From Acidobacteriota bacterium (GTDB lineage Bacteria; Acidobacteriota; CAIWXX01): DNA of 64,000 nt. The stretch lies in NCBI GenBank assembly GCA_040755995.1, contig JBFMAF010000009.1, forward strand, positions 13,531-77,530, read 5' to 3'. Positions within the stretch are counted from its first letter, which is position 1. Each line of letters starts with the position of its first letter. Positions 56,791 to 64,000 of this stretch are shown piece after piece. The position numbers and the translations under genes are program-made. The notes under the pieces were generated by a model. That model searched no databases and had not been told where the DNA came from. It worked only from the letters and a program-made list of their open reading frames with translations.

Positions 56791-58041
56791 ATGAAAGATC
56801 GTCTGTTTCGGAAAGTGTCGCTGGAACGACTGTCCTCGCCCGAACAGCTCGACCAGCTCATGCAGATCACGAGTCCCAGGGACTGGATCGTGCTGGTAGG
56901 CCTGGGCGCCCTGCTCCTCACATCGCTCCTCTGGGGTGCCCTCGGGACGATCAGGACCGATGTGCAGGGTCAGGCATTCCTGATCAAGCGCGGCGGCGTC
57001 TACCGAGTCGTCAGTTTTGGTTCAGGAGAGGTGACCAAGATCGACGTAGACGTCGGGGCGCCTGTGAAGGCCGGCCAGGTGGTCGCCTGGATCGCACAAC
57101 CCGCTCTTGCCGATCAGATTCGAGACGCCTACGAGCAGGTGTCGCAGAGTGAGGAAGACCTTCAATTCCTGACGGCATTCTACGATCGTGCCACGAAGCT
57201 GGAGACCGTATCCTTTCGCCAGCAGAAGGCGAACCTCGACGACCAGATCAAGCAGAACAACGATCGTCTCACGTGGCTCAACGAGCTGCTGGCCACTCAG
57301 AAGGCGCTCTGGGAGAAAGGGTTGGTCACAAAGCAGACCTACATGTCTACCGTGGACCAGATCAACAGCACTCGGCAGCAGATCCAGGGCAGCGAGGAGA
57401 AGCTCGACGAGATGAGGGTCCAGGTCAACAGTCTGCTGAAACAGAGAGACGAGGGCCTGTTCGATGCCGAGGTGAAGGTGCGGGAGGCCCGGCTGAAGCT
57501 CGACGCATTGACGGATCAGAGCGATCTGCAGACCAAGGTCACATGCCCGTACGAGGGCCGCGTCGTCGATGTCAGGGTCCAGGCACATGAGATGGTTTCC
57601 GAAGGCGCCGCGATCGTCAACGTCGAGCTCACGGGTGAGGAATTGATGGCAGTCGCATTCCTCTCCGCTTTTGACGGCAAGAAGGTAACGTCGGGCATGG
57701 AGGTCCGGCTTTCGCCGTCGATCGTCAAGCAGGAAGAGTACGGGTACATGCTCGGACGGGTCACGTCCGTGTCTGGGTTTCCGGCGACCTCGGATTCGCT
57801 TCTCTCGCTGCTCGGCAACGCCGACCTTGTGAAGCAGATCATGTCTCCGGAACCGCCGATTCAGATCTTCGTGGAGCTCTCGAGGAACCTTCACACTCCT
57901 AGTGGCTACGAGTGGTCTTCACGCCGGGGCCCGCCGATCAAGTTCACCAGCGGGACGGTCTGCCAGGTCGGCATCACCACCAGCCAGGACCCGCCCTACC
58001 GGCTCGTAGTACCGTATCTCAAGAAGACGCTGGGTGTATGA
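56791..58041 (+). CDS. NHLP system secretion protein (HlyD family)
   Basis: LFRKVSLERLSSPEQLDQLM, GKKVTSGMEV..PS.VKQEEYG, SGYEWSS. Confidence 0.93.
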   Translation: MKDRLFRKVSLERLSSPEQLDQLMQITSPRDWIVLVGLGALLLTSLLWGALGTIRTDVQGQAFLIKRGGVYRVVSFGSGEVTKIDVDVGAPVKAGQVVAWIAQPALADQIRDAYEQVSQSEEDLQFLTAFYDRATKLETVSFRQQKANLDDQIKQNNDRLTWLNELLATQKALWEKGLVTKQTYMSTVDQINSTRQQIQGSEEKLDEMRVQVNSLLKQRDEGLFDAEVKVREARLKLDALTDQSDLQTKVTCPYEGRVVDVRVQAHEMVSEGAAIVNVELTGEELMAVAFLSAFDGKKVTSGMEVRLSPSIVKQEEYGYMLGRVTSVSGFPATSDSLLSLLGNADLVKQIMSPEPPIQIFVELSRNLHTPSGYEWSSRRGPPIKFTSGTVCQVGITTSQDPPYRLVVPYLKKTLGV

Positions 58042-58130
58042 CGGCATGAGTCCAGCTGTGCAGCCGGCCGGGCGCGCGCCGCGCGCCCCTACAAGAAGAC
58101 GCTGGGTGTCTGACGGCATGAGTTCACCTG
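58020..58130 (+). repeat. 39-bp direct repeat of the HlyD gene 3' end bracketing a GTAG REP-like palindrome
   Basis: caagaagacgctgggtgtatgacggcatgagtccagctg (58020-58) vs caagaagacgctgggtgtctgacggcatgagttcacctg (58092-130); GGGCGCGCG-C-CGCGCGCCC-CTAC between. Confidence 0.85.
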
Positions 58131-58146
58131 CCCAGGCGGTGAACCA

Positions 58147-60342
58147 GTGAGCATCGCTGGACGACTCCGGGACTTGCTAGCAGGCTCGATGCGCACAAGG
58201 CGCGTGAAGACACCGACGGTTCTGCAGATGGAGGTGGTCGAATGCGGCGCCGCGGCGCTCGCCAGCGTGCTCGGCTACCACGGCCGGGTGGTGCCGCTGG
58301 AGGAGCTCCGGGTCGAGTGCGGGGTCTCGCGTGACGGCAGCAAGGCCAATAACATGCTGAGGGCCGCACGGAGCTACGGCATGATCGCGAAGGGTTTTCG
58401 CAAGGAGCCTGCGGAGCTGCGGGAGCTCTCCCTGCCCATGATCGTGTTCTGGAACTTCAATCATTTCGTGGTGGTCGAGGGATGGGGAAAGGGCCTGGTC
58501 TACATCAACGACCCTGCCTGCGGGCCGAAGACTGTCAGCGAGGATGAGTTCGATGAGTCGTTCACGGGGGTGGCGCTGACCTTCGAACCGGGCCCCGACT
58601 TCACGAAGGGCGGCGTCAGACGGTCGCTCTACAGGGCACTGGCCAGCCGCCTTCCCGGCTCCGAAACGGCTCTCGCCTATATCGTCCTGGCGGGTCTGAT
58701 GCTCGTCATTCCGGGCATCGTCATCCCGACGTTCACCAAAGTGTTCGTGGACGACTACCTGGTCGCGGGGATGGATTCATGGATCAAGCCGCTACTCCTG
58801 GCCATGGGCCTCACGGCGGTCATGCGAGGCGTGCTCACCTGGCTCCAGCAGCGTTTCCTGCTCCGCCTGCAGACGCGCATGACATTGAGCTCCTCCAGCA
58901 AGTTCCTCTGGCACGTGCTGCACCTGCCAATCGAGTTCTTCTCGCAGAGGTTCGGAGGTGAGATCGGATCGCGCGTCGCTATCAATGACCGCATAGGGCA
59001 GCTGCTTTCGGGCGATCTCGCCACCTCCGTGCTCAACCTCGTGACCCTGGTCTTCTACGCGGCCCTGATGTTCAGGTATGACCGGGTGCTGACCCTGGTC
59101 GGGATTCTCGTCTGCCTCCTGAACATCGAAGGCCTGAGGCTCGTCTCGCGCAAGCGCACGGATCTCAACCAGAGGTACCTGCAAGAGAGCGGCAAGCTCC
59201 TGGGAACCGGCATGAGGGGGCTGCAGATGATCGAGTCGCTGAAGGCCTGTGGCTCCGAATCGGACCTCTTCTCGAGATGGGCCGGCTATCAGGCCAAGGC
59301 CATGAATGCTCAACAACAGATGGGCCTGTATACCCTAATACTCTCAGCGCTGCCTTCGCTGCTGTCTTCCCTCAACACTGTCGCCATCTTGGGGATCGGC
59401 GGACTGCGGATCATGGACGGGCACCTCAGCATGGGCATGCTCGTCGCTTTCCAGAGCCTCATGTCGAGCTTCACCGACCCCGTGAACAAACTGGTCAACC
59501 TCGGCGGCACTCTACAGGAAGCCGAAGGCGACATGAACCGGTTGGAGGACGTGCTGCGGTGCGATGTGGAGAAGTCGATTACGGGCGCGGAGAGTGCATC
59601 GGGTTCGTCGCAAGCTGCGGGGACACTGGCCGGTTCCCTGGAGCTGAGAAATGTGACGTTCGGCTACTCGCGCCTCGATCCACCCCTGATCGCCGATTTC
59701 AGTCTCGTCCTGAAGCCCGGTGATCGGGTGGCTCTTGTCGGGGCCACGGGAAGCGGGAAGTCGACCATATCCAGGCTGGCCTCGGGCCTGTATCAGCCGT
59801 GGCAGGGAACGGTGTTGCTGGATGGGATGCCGCGTGATCAGATCCCTCGGGACCTCATAACCAATTCGGTCGCGATGGTCGATCAGGACATCTTCATGTT
59901 CGAAGGCTCCGTCCGTGACAACCTGACGCTGTGGGATACGACCGTGTCTGAGGCGGACCTGATCAGGGCCGCAAAGGACGCCTCTATTCATGAGGACATC
60001 GCCGCAAGACAGGGCGGCTATGATTGCCGGGTCGCCGAGGCGGGCAGGAATTTCAGCGGAGGTCAGCGCCAGCGCATGGAAATAGCCAGGGCGCTGGTCG
60101 GGAACCCATCGGTTTTGGTTCTCGACGAAGCTACAAGCGCCCTTGACACCAGGACCGAGGCGACAATCGACGACAACCTGCGCCGGCGCGGTTGCACCTG
60201 CCTCATCGTGGCACATCGGTTGAGCACGATCAGGGATTGCGATGAGATCATCGTGCTGGACCGGGGAACCGTCGTCCAGCGCGGCACGCACGATGAGCTT
60301 GTCAAGGTCGAGGGCCCATACGCCGAGTTGATAGGACAATGA
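58147..60342 (+). CDS. NHLP export ABC transporter, C39 peptidase/permease/ATPase
   Basis: TPTVLQMEVVECGAA, WNFNHFVV, INDP; GATGSGKS, FSGGQRQR, LDEATS. Confidence 0.95.
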   Translation: MSIAGRLRDLLAGSMRTRRVKTPTVLQMEVVECGAAALASVLGYHGRVVPLEELRVECGVSRDGSKANNMLRAARSYGMIAKGFRKEPAELRELSLPMIVFWNFNHFVVVEGWGKGLVYINDPACGPKTVSEDEFDESFTGVALTFEPGPDFTKGGVRRSLYRALASRLPGSETALAYIVLAGLMLVIPGIVIPTFTKVFVDDYLVAGMDSWIKPLLLAMGLTAVMRGVLTWLQQRFLLRLQTRMTLSSSSKFLWHVLHLPIEFFSQRFGGEIGSRVAINDRIGQLLSGDLATSVLNLVTLVFYAALMFRYDRVLTLVGILVCLLNIEGLRLVSRKRTDLNQRYLQESGKLLGTGMRGLQMIESLKACGSESDLFSRWAGYQAKAMNAQQQMGLYTLILSALPSLLSSLNTVAILGIGGLRIMDGHLSMGMLVAFQSLMSSFTDPVNKLVNLGGTLQEAEGDMNRLEDVLRCDVEKSITGAESASGSSQAAGTLAGSLELRNVTFGYSRLDPPLIADFSLVLKPGDRVALVGATGSGKSTISRLASGLYQPWQGTVLLDGMPRDQIPRDLITNSVAMVDQDIFMFEGSVRDNLTLWDTTVSEADLIRAAKDASIHEDIAARQGGYDCRVAEAGRNFSGGQRQRMEIARALVGNPSVLVLDEATSALDTRTEATIDDNLRRRGCTCLIVAHRLSTIRDCDEIIVLDRGTVVQRGTHDELVKVEGPYAELIGQ

Positions 60343-60349
60343 ATCCGAT

Positions 60350-60391
60350 GGTTCCCGGTTCACGGTTCTCGGTTCCCGGTTCACGGTTCGG
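60350..60391 (+). repeat. heptamer tandem repeat (GGTTCNC x6)
   Basis: ggttccc-ggttcac-ggttctc-ggttccc-ggttcac-ggttcgg. Confidence 0.85.
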
Positions 60392-60440
60392 GGCCCTTCA
60401 CGAGTGCACATCTGATGTGGCGGGGATAGAGGAATAGCGA

Positions 60441-63350
60441 GTGGATTCGAAGATGCAGTCGGTCTTCCGCGAGGAGGGATCGACCTCTACGATCGGCGGC
60501 AACGAGCCGTTCTTGCTCGATGGTCCGGCCAAGGTCTGGTTCGTGCAATCTGGAACAGTGGATGTGTTCGCTGTGAGACTGGACGCGGCCGAGACAGCGA
60601 GTCCTCGAAGGCACGTGTTCCGCGTCGAGGCTGGAGGGATCCTCATCGGTGTACACATGGGCGATGCACAGCCCGGCCTCCTCGCGGTTGGATTCCCCGG
60701 GACTGAGGTCTCCGAGCTCTCCGCCACCAGATTTTTTCAACTTGCCGAAGACTCTCAGTACGCTCCAGAGCTCGCCTGCCTGTTGGACGGGTGGGTTTGC
60801 AGGTTCTGGTCTGGAGCTCATACCGGGCTCGCTCCAAGAAGATTCAAGCCCATGACCGCCGGCACGGTACTGGAGCTCCGGGGTGGCGAGGCCGCCCTGT
60901 GCACCGGCGCGGTGTTGTGGGCTGTGCAATCCGAGGGCAGCTCCAGTTTCGCCTGGTGGGAGGAGCTACCCGCCGCTGAGGAGAAGATCTACTTTCCCGT
61001 CCCCACCGGCGCCTGGCTAACGTCGCTCGGTGAGAGCAAACTCACCGTCACGGACACGCTGGCGGCGCTCGCAAGCGGGTCTTGCATGGCCGGGCTCGAT
61101 CGGTTTCACCGCATGGCCGTGGACGCGGTGTCGCTCAATATCGAACGCTCGGAACAGATGCTTGCCGACGGGCAGCTCAAGGCGGCCACCGCCGACCAGC
61201 TGTCCCTTCACGGTGCGCTCATGCGACTGGGGAGTGTGCTCGAGCCGCGAGGCGAGCACCCGGTTTTCGCCGAAACCGAGATCGATCCGCTGGTAGCAGC
61301 ATGCCGCGCCGTGGGAGGTCTCGTGAATATCGGCGTCGTGACGCCGCCCAGTTGGAAATCCAAGCGCCGCGGCCCTGACCCTCTGGATGAGATCGCCCGG
61401 GCATCTCGTTTCCGCGTCCGGCGAGTCGCGCTTCGCGACGACTGGTGGCGACGCGACAATGGGCCGTTGCTCGCTTACGTGCAGGAAGGAGAGGATCGGA
61501 GGCGTCCCGTGGCGCTGCTGCCGCGCTCGCCACAGTCCTATGGCCTCTACGACCCGACAACCGGCCAGACCGAGATGGTGGGGACCGATCAGGCGGCTAC
61601 GATAGCCCCGTTCGCCTACGGTTTCACGGCTCCGTTCGCCGAACGCACGATTCGCCTTCCCGACGTGCTCAGGTTCGGTCTGGAGGGCAGCGGGAGCGAC
61701 CTGCGCACGCTCCTTCTCATGAGCATCCTCGTCGGGCTTCTCGGGCTCGTGACACCGCTGGCCACAGGACAGATCTTCAACAAGATCATACCCGGTGCGG
61801 AGCGCAGCGAGCATCTGCAGCTGATCCTGGTGCTCGTGGCGAGCTCGCTGGCCACTGGAGGTTTCCTCGTGGCGCGGAGCATCGCTCTGCTGCGGCTCGA
61901 AGGCAAGATGGACGCGAGACTCCAGGCGGCTGTCTGGGATCGACTGTTGAGCCTGCCGGCACCGTTCTTCCGCCGTTACTCGGCGGGCGATCTGGCCATG
62001 CGCGCGAACGCGTTCGGGTTCATCAGGCAGGTACTCACGGATGCCACCGTATCGTCGATCCTGGGCGGCGTATTCTCCGTGTTCAACATCCTCCTGTTGT
62101 TCTACTACAGCTGGCGGCTCACTCTGGTGGCGATAGGTCTCACCGTCGTCGCCATGATCGTGATGGGCGTTACCGGCCGCATGCAGATCCGATTTCAGAG
62201 GCAGCTTTTCGAACAGCAGGGACGGATCGGCGGCATGCTGCTGCAGTTCATCAGCGGGATCTCGAAGCTGAGAGTGGCCGGAGCCGAGAGGCGTGCGTTC
62301 GCGTGCTGGGGCAGGGAATTCGCCGCCCAGAAGACCATCTCCTACGCATCAGGACGCGTCGCCAACTCGCTCGTTGTGTTCAATTCCGTCCTCATGGTCT
62401 TGACTTGGTTGATCATCTTCTGGGTCATGTCGTCCTGGTCGGGCGCCCGAATGCGAACAGGGGATTTCGTCGCGTTCAACTCAGCCTTCGGGTCCTTTCT
62501 CGTCGCCGCGCTGGCGATGAGTGCATCGCTGGTTTCGGTCTTGAGCATCGTGCCGGTATTCGAGCGAGCGAGACCGATCATCGAGACAATGCCGGAGGTC
62601 GATCAGGCGAAATCACATCCAGGCGAGTTGAGCGGGGAGCTCGAGGTCAGCCATGTATCTTTCCGCTATACAGCGGATGGACCACTGATCCTCGATGACG
62701 TCGCCTTCCATGTGCGGCCGGGCGAGTTCGTGGCGCTGGTGGGCCCGTCGGGTTCGGGCAAGTCCACGATCTTCCGCCTGCTGCTCGGCTTCGAGGCTCC
62801 CGACTCCGGTTCAATCTACTACGACCACCAGGACATCTCGGGCCTCGATCTGAGCGCCCTGCGGCGCCAGATGGGTGTGGTGTTGCAGAGCGGCGAGCTC
62901 ATGACGGGGGATATCCTCACCAACATCACCGGCGCCTCGCTGCTGACCGAGGAAGATGCGTGGGAAGCGGCCCGTCTGGCCGGCATCGAGCAGGACATCC
63001 GCGAGATGCCGATGGGGATGCAGACGGTGGTGAGCGAGGGTGGCGGTGGACTCTCAGGCGGACAGCGACAGAGACTGCTGATAGCGAGGGCGGTAGTGAA
63101 CAAGCCGAGGATTCTGCTCTTCGACGAGGCCACCAGCGCCCTGGACAACCGGACGCAGGCTCTGGTGAGCGCGAGCCTGCTCGGCCTGCGCGCGAGCCGC
63201 ATCGTAATCGCCCATCGCCTCAGCACCGTCATGAAGGCCGACACGATCCACGTCATCGACGGCGGCCGCGTAGTCGAGAGCGGCAGCTACGACGAATTGA
63301 TGCGCCGCGACGGCCTCTTCGCGCAACTAGCCAGACGCCAGCTCACGTAG
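60441..63350 (+). CDS. NHLP export ABC transporter, permease/ATPase subunit
   Basis: PFLLD..VWFVQSGTVDVF, WWRRDNGPLL, GPSGSGKS, LSGGQRQR, FDEATSALD, FAQLARRQL. Confidence 0.95.
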   Translation: MDSKMQSVFREEGSTSTIGGNEPFLLDGPAKVWFVQSGTVDVFAVRLDAAETASPRRHVFRVEAGGILIGVHMGDAQPGLLAVGFPGTEVSELSATRFFQLAEDSQYAPELACLLDGWVCRFWSGAHTGLAPRRFKPMTAGTVLELRGGEAALCTGAVLWAVQSEGSSSFAWWEELPAAEEKIYFPVPTGAWLTSLGESKLTVTDTLAALASGSCMAGLDRFHRMAVDAVSLNIERSEQMLADGQLKAATADQLSLHGALMRLGSVLEPRGEHPVFAETEIDPLVAACRAVGGLVNIGVVTPPSWKSKRRGPDPLDEIARASRFRVRRVALRDDWWRRDNGPLLAYVQEGEDRRRPVALLPRSPQSYGLYDPTTGQTEMVGTDQAATIAPFAYGFTAPFAERTIRLPDVLRFGLEGSGSDLRTLLLMSILVGLLGLVTPLATGQIFNKIIPGAERSEHLQLILVLVASSLATGGFLVARSIALLRLEGKMDARLQAAVWDRLLSLPAPFFRRYSAGDLAMRANAFGFIRQVLTDATVSSILGGVFSVFNILLLFYYSWRLTLVAIGLTVVAMIVMGVTGRMQIRFQRQLFEQQGRIGGMLLQFISGISKLRVAGAERRAFACWGREFAAQKTISYASGRVANSLVVFNSVLMVLTWLIIFWVMSSWSGARMRTGDFVAFNSAFGSFLVAALAMSASLVSVLSIVPVFERARPIIETMPEVDQAKSHPGELSGELEVSHVSFRYTADGPLILDDVAFHVRPGEFVALVGPSGSGKSTIFRLLLGFEAPDSGSIYYDHQDISGLDLSALRRQMGVVLQSGELMTGDILTNITGASLLTEEDAWEAARLAGIEQDIREMPMGMQTVVSEGGGGLSGGQRQRLLIARAVVNKPRILLFDEATSALDNRTQALVSASLLGLRASRIVIAHRLSTVMKADTIHVIDGGRVVESGSYDELMRRDGLFAQLARRQLT

Positions 63351-63480
63351 CCTCTACGGGCCGCCCAGTGAGGTCCGCGCGGACTGGCCCACTTCCCGCC
63401 CATGTCGCGCCGCACATCGGTTGCCGGATCTGAGGTGGCGAACCTCGCATCCTACCATCAACCTCACCATCGCCCGCGCT

Positions 63481-63832
63481 CATCCGGTGTCGATACTCTC
63501 GACGGGTCCGTTGCGCCACGCCGCATTCACAAGGGCGTTGGCCAACGCTCGGCCTCGACTCTCGCGCGCGCCACTCGCACCGTTCCCGCGGCTTCCGCCA
63601 GGCGGGCTGCCGTATCGAAATCGGCGAGGGCCGCTAACCGATCAGATTTGAATCTCGCCGCTTTCGTGGGCATCGGCAAGTAGCTGATGGCTCGATCGAC
63701 GAGCCGCGTGTAGATCCTCCCACCACTCTCAGCGCGGTAGACATCGATCCACTCAGCCAGAGCCGCAGACGCCTCCATGTTGATGCGCGCCATCTCCTCG
63801 TCGCTGATTCGACTGACATTCTCCGAGGTCAC
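63481..63832 (-). pseudogene. possible frameshifted gene remnant
   Basis: Protein-like SRISDEEMARINMEASAALAEWI.. appears to continue in another frame as LANALVNAAWRNGPVESIDTG*; no clear start. Confidence 0.35.
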
Positions 63833-64000
63833 CCCGGGCCGGAGGGGCTTGTCGCGATCGAGGAGAACGGCAAGCTAGCGCATGTTTGCAGGCGAGTGCG
63901 AAAACTGGGCTGAAACGATGAGAAGCTGGATGAGGTGAGTGTGGAATTTACGACAGACGTAGAGCACTTCTCGAAAGGTGTAGTGACCACCGACGTCGAA

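Noticed and set aside
56549..56794. 81-aa ORF bridging tolC and hlyD as a second precursor
   Set aside because: No NHLP or double-glycine leader features; Pro/Arg-rich composition typical of non-coding GC-rich DNA, although it overlaps both neighbours by 4 nt
58020..58130. Two 39-bp repeats with a 33-bp spacer as a mini-CRISPR
   Set aside because: The repeat is the hlyD coding end, there are only two copies, and the spacer is a REP-like palindrome

Overview
GC-rich bacterial chromosome segment (diderm, since it encodes TolC). Left part: a hybrid sensor kinase translationally coupled to an unusual REC-GGDEF-REC-class III cyclase(-PilZ-like) protein, followed by assorted small genes and local gene-fragment relics. 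Middle: housekeeping genes (M16 peptidase-purB-purS-purQ-purL-purF-purM-purN; accD-folC, where folC has no canonical start codon), an inserted three-gene TIGR04255-type cassette, two orphan peptide-ABC ATPases plus a GT2, a MarR-arsM-arsN2 arsenic module with a visible repeated operator, an SBBP beta-propeller protein and an FHA/HExxH membrane protein. Right part (about 44-63.4 kb) is the standout: a complete-looking NHLP (nitrile-hydratase-like leader) RiPP cluster. It has one precursor with a 14-residue core (RVGAWSCACGPSIG), five radical SAM enzymes (three tandem B12-dependent paralogues, a fourth divergent 894-aa B12 enzyme, one SPASM enzyme) and a TolC/HlyD/C39-ABC/ABC exporter, with no YcaO or lanthipeptide synthetase in the window. 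All family assignments come from motif recognition by eye, not database searches. No rRNA, tRNA, CRISPR array or intact transposase was seen.
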